Positions 11,960 through 24,370 of a stretch of 64,000 nucleotides of DNA are shown piece by piece; positions within the stretch are counted from its first letter, which is position 1; every line of letters begins with the position of its first letter. This DNA is from Octopus vulgaris (Eukaryota). A program made the translations under genes and the position numbers. Below the pieces are notes generated by a model that did not search any database, was not told the origin of the DNA, and saw only the letters and a list, made by a program, of their open reading frames with translations. Location of the stretch: positions 28,768,001 through 28,832,000 of the forward strand of contig OX597840.1 of the NCBI GenBank assembly GCA_951406725.2, written 5' to 3'.

Positions 11960-12676
11960 GTAACCTTTTAATCTGCAACACTAACTTCAGTAAGCCAGAC
12001 AGCCACCTTATAACCTATCAATCAGGGGTCTCTGCTAGCCAGATTGATTTCATCCTCACCAGACAGTGGGACGCAGGGTTGCTCTTAAATACAAAGACCC
12101 TCACAGGTGAAGAATCTACCCACACCCCACTTTAGGTTCGAGGCCAGAAGGATACCTAGAAGCAGACCAATCCAAAAAAGAATGATTTGGAAGCTAAAGA
12201 GCCCTTCACATGGTCAGAGATTTAGGGACATCCTCATCAAGAAATTTGATGAGGGGGAGGAGGAGCTGCAGACATCAGACGTAAAATGTAGCTGGAAATT
12301 CCTACGGGACAGCTTGCTGAGTGCCACAGACCAAGTTTGCGGATGGTGCAAAGTCCCTTCCAGACCTAGTTACATGGTGGTGGAATGGTACGGTTGACAA
12401 AGCCCTTAGAGCAAAGAAGCAGGCCTGGAAAGCCTGGAAGTGTGAGGGTAGCAGGCAACTGTACCAGGTAGCCAAGAGGGAGGCATGGCGGCAGGTATAT
12501 ACAGCCAAGAGCGAAGCGGAAAAGAAGTTTGCCGATGTTCAGTGACGTGAGGACAAAAAAACTGAGGTATTTCAGATTGCAAGACAGTGTGTGAGAGAAA
12601 ATTGTGATGCCACAGGAGAGAAATGCATCCACATGGATGATAGAACACTTGCTTTCAATGATTCTGAAAAGAAAGA

Positions 12677-12680
<4 letters not shown>
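11960..12680 (+). pseudogene. RTE-clade LINE fragment (APE endonuclease end plus linker), frameshifted
   Basis: CNTNF..HLITYQSG...QIDFILTR; TWWWNGTVDKALRAKKQAWKAWK; VFQIARQCVREN. Confidence 0.8.
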
Positions 12681-12732
<52 letters not shown>

Positions 12733-12929
12733 TTTTGTATAAGTTTTTACCGAATATGATCCTTTTCCATACCGAAAAACTACTAGGTGAAATTTGTTGA
12801 TTTTATTAAATTAATTATCTTTCCCCCTAAATCTGTGTATATATATATATATATATATATGTAAGTATGTATATGTATATATCTATATATGTGTATGTAC
12901 ATATAGACCTTATGATAGACTTTCTTATT

Positions 12930-13431
12930 GAAGTCGACCGTATAAGCGTTCAGTTTTTTTTACCAAACGACCTACACAAATGATTTGTTTATAGTGAACA
13001 AATATTCGTGTGACACATTAGCTCACTCCCTCCATCAAATCGATGTTGTCTGAACAGGAGCACAGGTGTACCGCGCACCAGGCGTCAAAGTGCTTACAGA
13101 GCAGCATGAGTTGAAGTTTAGAAATAATTCATTTCTAAATCTCTCAGAGAGATTTATGCAGTAGCAGCACAATAAAGTGATAGTATGTTGTCAACTTAAT
13201 GTGACAGTCCCATGAAAGGGAAGAATACTACTGCTATTTAGCCCTAGGAACGGTGTTTTCTAGAGCTAAATAACAGTAGTATTCTTCCCTTTCATGGGAC
13301 TGTCACATTACGTTGACAACATACTATCGCTTTATGAGATGAAGTGTTTTGCTCAAGAACACAATGCATCACCCAGTCTAGGAATTAAAACCATGATCTC
13401 AAGTCCATGAGCGTAGCGCCCTAATCACTTG

Positions 13432-13435
<4 letters not shown>
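12930..13435 (-). mobile_element. tRNA-headed SINE (family D) interrupted by a hairpin insert
   Basis: Minus head tggccaagtgattagggcgc...tgtgttcttgagcaaaacactt; related copy at 31675-32030. Confidence 0.55.
13172..13335. repeat. Near-perfect inverted repeat (~78-bp arms, short loop)
   Basis: ataaagtgatagtatgttgtcaac...ccctaggaa pairs with ttctagagc...gttgacaacatactatcgctttat. Confidence 0.9.
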
Positions 13436-13487
<52 letters not shown>

Positions 13488-13490
<3 letters not shown>

Positions 13491-13740
13491 GGTAGCTGAA
13501 AATTCCTACGGGACAGCTTGCCGAGTGCCACAGACCAAGTTTGCGGATGGTGCAAAGTCCTTTCCAGACCTAGAGTTACGTGGTGGTGGAATAGTACGGT
13601 AGACAAAGCCATTATAGCAAAGAAACAAGCCTGGTAAGCCTGGAAAGGTGGGGTAGCAGGGAACTGTACCAGGTAGCCAAGAGGGAGGCTGGGCAGCAGG
13701 TACACATAGCCAAGAGCGAAGCAAAAAAGAAGTTTGTCAA
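13488..13740 (+). mobile_element. Second copy of the RTE linker fragment
   Basis: Matches 12287-12535. Confidence 0.8.
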
Positions 13741-14021
13741 TATATATGTGTGTGTATGCTAATTTCCCAATTGTCATTTTCTTCTCCCTGTTCATTCCTC
13801 CTGTCACCACCCCCATATTCCTCCTGTGTGTGTGTGTGTGTATGTCAAACAAGGTTAAAGAATTAAGATTAAGAAAATACCTGTTAAACACAGTATCAAA
13901 ACCTTATAACAGTGTGCGTGTGTGATTGACTGACATACATGTGTTGTGTGCTGACGTGTGCCCACAAGTATAATTATTAATGTGTGCGTCTGTATATCTT
14001 TATATTGACCTAAACGTAATG

Positions 14022-14058
<37 letters not shown>

Positions 14059-14196
14059 AATTATTGTATACAGTGCTCAGGTGCACCACAACTTGTCCAA
14101 AGTGCATATAAAGTACATGCAGTAATGTACAAATGTCTGGGAAGTGAACAATGCATGAGTCAAATACATACTTGCGTATGTATGGAGGGAAGAAAA

Positions 14197-15040
14197 TCAG
14201 GTGTAGTGTTGGCGAATCTCAGGAAGCATGGAAGTTTTGAAGGATGCAGTGCTCCGACAACTAACAACTGATGCTGGCAGTTTGTTCCATGCTTCAGCAA
14301 CTCTCAGCGTGAAAAAATGTTTCCTGAAGTCATGGGAGCTGTGCTGTTTTCTGACTTTGTAAACATGTCCACAGGTGTTAGACAGGTGGAGTTTGAAGAG
14401 GTGCTCAGAGTTATTGTTTGTAAGATGGCTAATAATTTTATGGGTGTCTGCCAAGTCAGCTGCCAGACGTCGGAGTTTCAATGTGTCCATGCCCAGGGAA
14501 GTAAGGCGTTCAGAATATGGCAAATGCCTGATGGAGGGTATTCTTTTGGTTGCATGTCGCTGAACAGCTTCCAGACGATTGATATCCTGGGCAAGATAGG
14601 GGTACAAGACCGGTGATGCAAATTCCAGGCGAGGTCTTACCATAGCTATATGAAGCCGCAGATAGATAGTCGGAGAGCGGCTCACAAAGGATTTGGTGAG
14701 TGATGCCAAGACACCCTCAGCCTTCTTGACAATTTTAGCAATGTGTTTTGTCCAACGCAAATCGACAATAACACCCAGGTCACGTTCACACGAAGACTTT
14801 TTGAGATTAGTGTTGTGGCGGGAGTAGGTGGATGCTGGGTTTCTCCTCCCAAAATGCATGGTGGTATATTTGTCCACAGCCAGCTCGAGTTGCCAGTCCA
14901 TGATCCACTGGTGCATTGTGTCCAGGTCTGCTTGCAATAGAGATCTATAGTGTACAGGATCTGACCTTTTTATTTCGAGGTACAGCTTGATGTCATCTGC
15001 ATATTTCAGCACTGTGGCATTCTTTAAGTTGGCATCTATG
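14197..15040 (-). mobile_element. 5'-truncated CR1/L2-group LINE; open RT C-terminal frame (271-aa ORF 14197-15012)
   Basis: LKYADD RT motif; ERDLGVIVD; VRPRLEFASPV; LEAVQRHATKRIP; FFTLRVAEAWNKLP; 3' UTR then (TTA)n tail near 14020. Confidence 0.9.
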
Positions 15041-15081
15041 TTATATATATATATATATTAATTAAATTATTTATATATTAA

Positions 15082-15135
<54 letters not shown>

Positions 15136-15470
15136 GTGTGTATATATATATATGTGTGTGTTGGATGTTATATGATGATGATGATGATGATATACATATC
15201 ATCATCGTCATCATCATCATCATTTAACATCCGTTGTCTATGCTGACATCGTATGTGCATATCTGCATATCCTTTACTCAGGATGAAAAAAAGTGGATTT
15301 GACGTTTTGACAAGGTCTGACATATATTCGAACGATTCTGTCTTGTGTTGGTAAGTTTTAGCCTTGAGTAATAACACGTGTGCATCACCTCTCACATTAG
15401 ACACTGCACATGATACCCTAACATCTTCGCACATGGAGATACACCATATAAATATACTCTCTTCACCATA

Positions 15471-15524
<54 letters not shown>

Positions 15525-15629
15525 GGGTGCGATGGGTAAATTTTTGTCATTTTATATTTTTTATTTCACACATGTGCACTGTTTATTTTTTGATTTTGCT
15601 GACTAAGTATAGTAAGATTTATCTATCTG

Positions 15630-15714
<85 letters not shown>

Positions 15715-15721
15715 GTATCTA

Positions 15722-15800
<79 letters not shown>

Positions 15801-15922
15801 GTCTATCTGTCTGTCTGTCTGTCTGTCTGTCTGTCCGTTCGTCCGTCCGTCCGTCCGTCCGTCCGTCCGTCCGTCCGTCCGTCCGTCCATCCATCCATCC
15901 ATCCACCTATCTATCCATCCAC

Positions 15923-15996
<74 letters not shown>

Positions 15997-16492
15997 GTCT
16001 GTTTGTCAGTCTCTCATATAACCGTTAGACCATGGCAATTTCTGTATTACCCCAAAAGACTTTTGGGGTAGATTTTAAAAAAATTTCTAAAACTTTTGAT
16101 CTTTTGAACTAGAAAAAAAAATGGAATTTTAAACGAGGATTTCCAAGGGTCCCTGAAACCTATTAAAACCTCACCCTTCACAATACCTCAGCTTCTTATC
16201 ATTTTTCATTTTTAAGCATTCCGTCTCTCCATCGCTAATTGCTAATTTCCCAATTGTCACTTTCATTTACCTGTTCATTCCTCCTGTCACCAGCCCCTTA
16301 TTCCCCCTATCACATTCACAAGGGCCTTAACTCACACCCATGCAAACTTAACTTCTCTTAGCTTAGCATCCCCTGTTACTTTCTGACATTACTCTTTACT
16401 CTCCCCTTTCGCCTTCCCAACCTCTCCGTTCCACTAACAGTGTTACCATGTTGTCTCTCTCTGTACTGTGTACGTACATACAGGATGATTAC

Positions 16493-16640
16493 GCATGCCC
16501 CTCGTTATCGAGTATGGCCATTGCACGAAACTTAACTGTTACTGGTGCTGTGATCGAATGTGACTTTTTAGCCCAGCTAATGATCTACAATGTCTTGTGC
16601 AGAATTGGAAGCTAAAACCTTTACCGGTAATAGCCGGCTG
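16493..16640 (-). mobile_element. Short 3' end of the zinc-finger RTE LINE
   Basis: QFCTRHCRSLAGLKSHIRSQHQ* plus the same 3' UTR as 17030-17379. Confidence 0.75.
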
Positions 16641-16668
16641 TATGTATGTACGTACATACATACATACA

Positions 16669-16702
<34 letters not shown>

Positions 16703-16759
16703 CATGTATATGTGCATTCCTATATGGACTCATGTATACTTATGTATAGATGCTTATAT

Positions 16760-16965
16760 GCATAACTACAAACACAAGGACAGATCGCTAGCTACTAAAC
16801 TTTTTTTGTATTTTCTCTCCCTGTTTATTTCTGCGTTTCCTTTCTGTCAAAGAGCATAGGCTCGAAACATAAAAGACTTTCTCACTTCCCGGTGTTAAAC
16901 TAATACATCTGTTTCTTGTTTACACACCCGTCTTCGTCTTTTGCTTTTTTGCAAATTCTCACTAT
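16760..16965 (+). mobile_element. Penelope-like terminal fragment with decayed hammerhead (16840-16875)
   Basis: cttt-ctgtcaa-a-gagc(atag)gctc-gaaa-ca-t-a-aaag; homologous to 41375-41585. Confidence 0.55.
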
Positions 16966-17029
16966 ACATACATACAAACTTACATACATACATGCATACA
17001 TACATACATACATACATACATACATACAT

Positions 17030-17379
17030 GATGGCTGCCCCCTCGTTATCGAGTATGGCCATAGCATGAAGCTTAACTGTTACTGGTGCTGTGATCGAAT
17101 GTGACTGTTTAGCCCAGCTAAAGATCTACAATGTCTTGTACAGAATTGGCACCTAAAGCCTTTACTGGTAATAGCCGGCTGTAGTTGTAGCTGGGCTTCA
17201 TGTACCTTTGCATGTCGTTTAAGTCCTCCTGCCGAATTACACTCTCTTCCACATGCCCGACAGATATGATTAGTATGGTGTGTAGCACCACCACCAGTGG
17301 CCAGGTTGTCACTCATCTGTCTCGTTTTATGACTACGAAGATGATTCATGAGTCCAGCTTTACTGAGGCAGGGTCTTGC
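17030..17379 (-). mobile_element. RTE-clade LINE 3' end with tandem C2H2 fingers, inside (CATA)n
   Basis: ARPCLSKAGLMNHLRSH / CRACGRECNSAGGLKRHAKVH / CQFCTRHCRSLAGLNSHIRSQH. Confidence 0.75.
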
Positions 17380-17879
17380 ATATACATACATACATACATA
17401 CACACATACATACATACATACATACATACACACACACATACATACATACATACATACATACATGCATGCATGCATACATACATACATGCATACATACATA
17501 TATACATACATACATACATGCATACATACATACATGCATGCATGCATACATACATACATGCATGCATACATACATACATACATACATACATACATACATA
17601 CAAACATACATACATACATACATACATTCATACATACATACAAACATACATGCATACATACATACATACATACATACATACATACATTCATACATACATA
17701 CATACATACATTCATACATACATACATACATTCATACATACATACATACATACATACATAGACAGATGAAAACATTTTTTTTTTGGACGTGTAAACAGGG
17801 AAATAACACAAAAGTCGTTGTTAGCAATGGAGAAAATGTAACATTAACTCGGTTTATCCATTGAAAAAAAAAAACCTAC

Positions 17880-18415
17880 GAGAAAGAACCACGGTAACCT
17901 CGGAAACGAAAAAGAAAAAACATTAACATGAGAGCAAGGCTCTCTTTTTCTCTTTGTTTTCTAGGTTCATGCTCAAGGTGGTTCTGTCATTTATTTGTAC
18001 CATCCTTGCCACATTCACCCACCTTTTGTTGAACCTTTCATTAGACAAAACTTCCCTCTCTATTCTCACCTTCCTTTTCAAGTAATACTTGAAAAAGTTG
18101 ATGAGTGATTGGCCAGAGAGGAAAGTGTTTGTCTCTAAACCTTTCTCACGAGTCCACCACACACATTCTTTCACCATAGGCACACGTAAAATGAAAACTG
18201 CATTGCCATCCCTATTAAAGGAAGGTGGCGGGGCAATATTCATGATAGACTCGGCCACCAACCGAATTCATCCCACATGTGACAGCAGCCGTTTGACATT
18301 TGCCCACAAGTCTGAAATGTTTGGACATTGCACGAGTTCGTGCCGGACGGTTTCGTCGCTCTGACCGCATTTCTTGAACCGTGCCTGTAGAGCTTGTCCC
18401 GAACGGGCAATGGTT
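17880..18415 (-). mobile_element. L1/Tx1-clade LINE 3' end
   Basis: zf-RVT-like SDETVRHELVQCPNISDLWA followed by KECVWWTREKGL...FFKYYLKRKVRIEREVL...RW. Confidence 0.7.
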
Positions 18416-18724
18416 CTCAATAGCACTGATTAAACCAATACTCTGTAAGCGGCTTTGGTAGACAGAAATCGAAAGAAACCAGTCATATATACACACACAC
18501 ATACATGCACGTCTGTTGCAATAATATAACAAGAATGGAAAATTATTCATCTTTAATTAAAATATTTTTCAGCACAATTTTAATTAAGAAGCAATTTTAT
18601 ATACTGAGAAAAAATTTTAATTAAGAAAGCATAATTTGTCATTCATTATAATTTCTTTCTAATATACAGTGGAATTTTATATAAAATTCTTCAAAGCTAA
18701 CTCAAGATTTACCAATAACACTCT

Positions 18725-19110
18725 ATTACTCTCTTACTCTATTACTTGTTTCAGTCATTTGACTGCGGCCATGCTGGAGCACCGTCTTTAGTCGAGCAAA
18801 TCGACCCCAGGACTTATTCTTTGTAAGCCCAGTACTTATTCTGTCGGTCTCTTTGCCGAACCGCTAAGTGACGGGAACGTAAACACACCAGCATCGGTTG
18901 TCAAGCAATGCTAGGGGGACAAACACAGACACACACACACACACACACGCATATATATATATATATATACATATATACGACAGGATTCTTTCAGTTTCCG
19001 TCTACCAAATCCACTCACAAGGCATTGGTCGGCCTGGGGCTATAGCAGAAGACACTTGCCCAAGATGCCATGCAGTGGGACTGAACCCGGAACCATGTGG
19101 TTGGTTAGCA
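18725..19110 (-). mobile_element. SINE family A
   Basis: Matches 1815-2240; head truncated. Confidence 0.85.
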
Positions 19111-19816
19111 TAAAAAGTCTTTTCTTTCTTTTGTCTTTGGTCTGTAAGTGTTATTTTCCATTTGTTTCTACCAAGAAATGAAAGGAAATGACTACTATTT
19201 CCTTCAAACTTTGCTTTTGACATCACACATTTTCATCACTTACATTCTTATCTCTTCCTACTCCTCTCCCACCCCCTCTTAATATCTTGACCACCAACTT
19301 CACACTCCTTTTTTCATTTTCTCTTTCTTCTCTTCCTTACATTTTTTCATTTTTTCTTCTTGTTTTCATTTTATCTTCCTCTTCCTTCTTCTTTCCTCAC
19401 CTATTCCTTTTGACTATTCTCCTCATTTTAACTTACACAACTTTTCTCTCCTCTCTTAATACTACCACTACATTTCCAAATTTTCATTCACACCACAAGA
19501 CCCCTTTGAATGAACAGCACATGGAATCTACGTCTCCACACTTTCCATTTGTGATGACAAAATATGAACTCCTATTGGAATTTACATACCACAGACAGGA
19601 ATCATTTCTACCACTTCTACACACCACTTTCCTTGGAACTGCAACTATAACATCTTTATGCATTTTTATTTTTATTTCTACATTCATTCTCCTATTTCCC
19701 TATATACTCCTTACTCGCTTCCTTTTCCAAAATAACTCCTCATATTGAACTCTACGATTTCCCTCCATTTACCCATCTCACATCGTCTCTGATAAAGGAA
19801 TACCCATCTCACATCG

Positions 19817-19862
19817 TCTCTGATGAAGGGGTATCCCCGATATCCCAGAAACAGCTGTAAGG
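19817..19862 (+). ncRNA. Minimal hammerhead-like motif (C3-G8)
   Basis: tct-CTGATGA-a-ggggtatc(ccc)gatatccc-a-GAAA-cagctg-T-A-agg. Confidence 0.45.
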
Positions 19863-19928
19863 CTAACCTTCTCTTTATAAATGTCCTGAAAACTCCACAC
19901 AGCATTGGTTTTGTTGTCTCATTTTATT

Positions 19929-19980
<52 letters not shown>

Positions 19981-19996
19981 CATCATCATCATCATC

Positions 19997-20380
19997 ATTT
20001 AACGTCTGTTGTCCAGAGCTGGCAAGGTGAGGGTCTGCGCAGACTCCAGTCTGTTTTAGCATGATTTCTATGGCTGGATGCCTTTCCTAATGCCAATCAC
20101 TCCAAGAACATAATGGGTTGCTTGTATGTGCCACTGACGTGGGTGCCAGTTGTGTGACACCATTATCTGCCACAATTGTGATTTTACTTGGATTGACATA
20201 GGTCTCCTACTCAGGCACGACGTATTGCCTAAGATCTTGGTCATTTGTCATTACCTCTGTAAGGCCCAACTCTCAAAAGGTGTTACTTACCTGACACCAG
20301 TGCAGCTGCTGGTTACCTGACACCAGCATCGGCCATATTAATTCCATGAGAGCCAATGCTCGAAAGGTGCTAGTTACATA
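19997..20380 (-). mobile_element. Dispersed repeat family C ((GAT)n-tailed retroposon), diverged
   Basis: catttaacgtctg...ggctggatgcctttcctaatgccaa; relatives at 22780, 39478, 42575, 45918, 52085, 53745. Confidence 0.65.
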
Positions 20381-20381
20381 T

Positions 20382-20422
<41 letters not shown>

Positions 20423-20788
20423 CACACACACACACACACACGCACACACACACACGCACGTACACACACATGCGTGTGTATATGTGTGTGTGTGTGACTG
20501 GGTGGTGTATATAAATAAAAGAAAAACTAGTTAAATGGGTGATCTGGAAATTGAACTCTGATTCAGGTGTTAATAAGACAGTAATTTAATATCAAAGTAT
20601 ACTATTTCCATATTCAGGTGGTAACACAGATGCATACATATGCACACATACAGACACACACACGCATATATACATATGAATATGTGCATGTATCTGATTA
20701 CATATGCATGCATAGGTACACACATGCAGACTAATGAACATCGACATGTTATAAAGCTCTGTTTTTCCTTCTTGAATGTATATATATT

Positions 20789-20854
<66 letters not shown>

Positions 20855-21724
20855 CACATAGAGATAGAGAGATAGATAGATAGATCGATAGACCGATATA
20901 GATATCTATATGTATATATGCATAAACAGATCAATCAATCAAACAATTAATCAATGAATCAATCTATATATCTATCTGTCTGTCTGTCTGTCTATCTACC
21001 CATCTGTCTGTCTCTCTGTGTGACTGTCTATCTATCTATCTATCTATCTGTCTGTCAGTCTGTCTGTCTGTTTCCTATCTATCTATCTATATATCTATCT
21101 ATATATCTATCTATCTATCTATCTATATATATATATATACATAAAATATATGTATATGTATGTAAATATATAAGTATGTATATTTCTACGTATGTATGCC
21201 TATACACTCACCTGTATATATATATATGTATATGTATATATACGTGCTTGTGTGCATGCTAGTGTGTAATGCATATATGTTTGTACATACATATACTCGC
21301 ATGTATATATATATGTGTGTGTCTGTGTGTATGTCTATAGACATGTAGATATAAGTATATGTAAAATTATAAACAGTCGTGCAAGCGCGACACACACACA
21401 CACAGACACACATACACACACACATACACCCACACTCGCTCTATAAATAGAATCCCAACCAAATATTATTTATCTGTCAGGACAATCAGACAGAACAAGT
21501 CGAAGCGCAAACAGCAACGACTGGTGACCATTGGATGCAATTTACCGAAAACTAGTTTTATTGGAATAAATATTTATTTATCAAAGAAATTAATAGCTTT
21601 CTCAAAGATGAAGTGGTTGATTGAACTTCAAGAGAAAAATCATTGAATATCTGTATGCATGTGTGTGTGTGTGGATGCATGTATATGTGTATGTGTGTGT
21701 GTGTGTGTTTGTGTGTGTGTGCGC

Positions 21725-21781
<57 letters not shown>

Positions 21782-21889
21782 ATATATGTATACATATAAA
21801 AATATATCATAAATATATATTTTTGTATATGTATCACTCTCACTCTCTCTCTCTTTCTCTCTCTGTATATATGTGTGTGGGTGTGTGTG

Positions 21890-21954
<65 letters not shown>

Positions 21955-21956
21955 GT

Positions 21957-22033
<77 letters not shown>

Positions 22034-22397
22034 TATGTATGCATATAAAAATATATGCATAAATATATATATTTTTGGATATATATGTATCACTCTCTCT
22101 CACTGTCTCTCTCTGTGTATATGCGTGTGTGTGTGTGTGTATATAAATATATATATATATATATGTATGTATGTATGTATACGTATATGCATAAATATAT
22201 GTGTGTGTGTATATATATATATGTATGTATGTATATGTATATATATATATATATATAGTGGTGTGTGTATACACACACTCGCACATACACGTATATATAT
22301 ATCATGTATCATGTGAGTATCTAATTATCTGTCTATCTATATATATACATACATACATATATATATATATAAATATATACATACATATACATATATG

Positions 22398-22468
<71 letters not shown>

Positions 22469-22474
22469 ACACAC

Positions 22475-22507
<33 letters not shown>

Positions 22508-23140
22508 TACACACATATATATATATATATGATATATACATGTTTAGGTTTAGTGATGCAAACATGATAAGCAAAACTCAAAACTTGAATATATTTTTTG
22601 ATAATTCATTTAGCAGAAGTTACCAACTTCTTTAGTAAAGTTTGCAAAGTGCGCTGTGCATGAAACTATCATGTGATGTCAAAACAAGAGAGACACACAC
22701 AAGTATAGGTAGACCTGTACACATGGTCTTTGAGTCACTTTGTAACGTCGTCCTCCATTAGCGTCTGCTTTATATACTGGTATGGGTTGGACAGTTCGTC
22801 CAGTACTGGCAAGCTGGAGAGCTGCACCAAGTTCTAGTTCGATCTGGCTTGGTTACTAAGGCTGGATGCTCTTCCTAATGCCAACCACTGGAAGAGTGTG
22901 CACTGGATACCTTTAATGTGACGCCACACAAGTACCAGTACATGGCATTGGCACAAATGTTCTTTATGGGGCACTAGCACAGGAACCTTGCAGGTCAATT
23001 CTCTTCCCAATGGGGCCTGGCCTTAATATATATATATATATAGATATATAAAATTAAATAAGGGTAGAAATTAATATTAATCAATTAAACCAGTGGCCTA
23101 GCATATTTTTTAAAAAATCCGAAGATTAAATATTTTTTAC

Positions 23141-23338
23141 ATACAAGATTTAGAGGACTGACCATCCCCCAAAAATGGACAGCTTATATGCTAGATATAG
23201 ACGTCAAAATCGCCATTTTCCACGAAGAATGTGTTCTCAAGGAAAAATTCAAAATTCTTCGTAGAAAATGGCGATTTTGACGTCTATATCTAGCATATAA
23301 GCTGTCCATTTTTTTAGTGGTCAGTCCTCTAAATTTTG

Positions 23339-23341
<3 letters not shown>
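23141..23341. repeat. Inverted repeat (~88-bp arms, 23-nt loop), probably a Penelope-like inverted end
   Basis: 23141-23230 is the reverse complement of 23254-23341; flanked by (TA)n. Confidence 0.85.
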
Positions 23342-23399
<58 letters not shown>

Positions 23400-23402
<3 letters not shown>

Positions 23403-24117
23403 CCCAAAAACGAAGAACAAGCTCAAGAAAAAGACAACAGAAGGACATGATACATATAAAGTGTTAGCTGACGCTCAAGGAAGGAATGAAAGGTGGTGTT
23501 ACGTTTCAAGCAAAAGCTCTTCTTCAGAAACAGGAGACAGAGGAAAGTCCAAGAGAAAAGGAAGACGGAGGAAAAAAACGCCAACGATTCACATATGGTT
23601 ACATTTTGAGATGACCGGAAGGGAATAGGTGAAGAAAAAGTTCTTTCTAAGACAGGAAAGTGCAAGACAAGAAGGTATGTGTGTGTGTGTATGTGCGGGT
23701 ATGTGCGTGCGCGCAAGTCTGTGTGTGTGTGTGTGTAATAGCATGTGTGCATGTGTGTGTGCGTGTTGTGTGTGTGTTGTGTGTGGTGTTGGCTGTTTAT
23801 ATGTATATGTGGGAGTGAATATTGTGTCTCTTAATGTTGTAGGAAGATTTCAACAGCGTGGTAACAGGAGTGGTGGCACTTTGGGTAGCTGTGTGTCTCT
23901 TCATATGTGCGTAGAGGAATGGTCAGTAGAAAGGTGTTTGACTGGCATTTTGAAGTATGTATGTGCATGTGTACGTATGTGTGTGCGTGTATGTATATGT
24001 TGTGTGTGTGTGTTTTGTGTATGGTGTGTGCATGCGTCTGCGAGTGTGTGTGTATGTACTTGTGTGTATGTGCGTGTGTTTTTATTGGCTAAACTGGCAA
24101 CATGACCATTCTTAAAT

Positions 24118-24176
<59 letters not shown>

Positions 24177-24370
24177 ATCCAAACATGAAAACACAAAGAG
24201 AAAACACATCGCGGAACAAGTATAGTGTTATTGGATGCTCAGGAAAGGAAAGAAAGAAGGAGGGTTTAACGTTTCGAGCGGAGTTCTTTGTCAGAAACAG
24301 GAAAAGAAAAGATCCAAAGAAGGGAAGATGGAGGAAAAAATCGCCAATGATACACACACGGTCACACACA
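23400..24370 (-). mobile_element. Two Penelope-like fragments, each with a hammerhead motif (23496-23531, 24264-24298)
   Basis: Minus gttt-CTGAAGA-a-gagc(tttt)gctt-GAAA-cg-T-A-acac and gttt-ctgacaa-a-gaac(tcc)gctc-GAAA-cg-T-T-aaac. Confidence 0.6.

Noticed and set aside
14197-15012. Functional reverse transcriptase gene
   Set aside because: Begins just before YADD; RT N-terminal motifs and endonuclease missing.
17080-17811. Host C2H2 zinc-finger gene (243-aa ORF)
   Set aside because: N-terminus is (TATG)n; fingers lack TGEKP linkers and recur as variably 5'-truncated copies with a shared 3' UTR, i.e. a LINE end.
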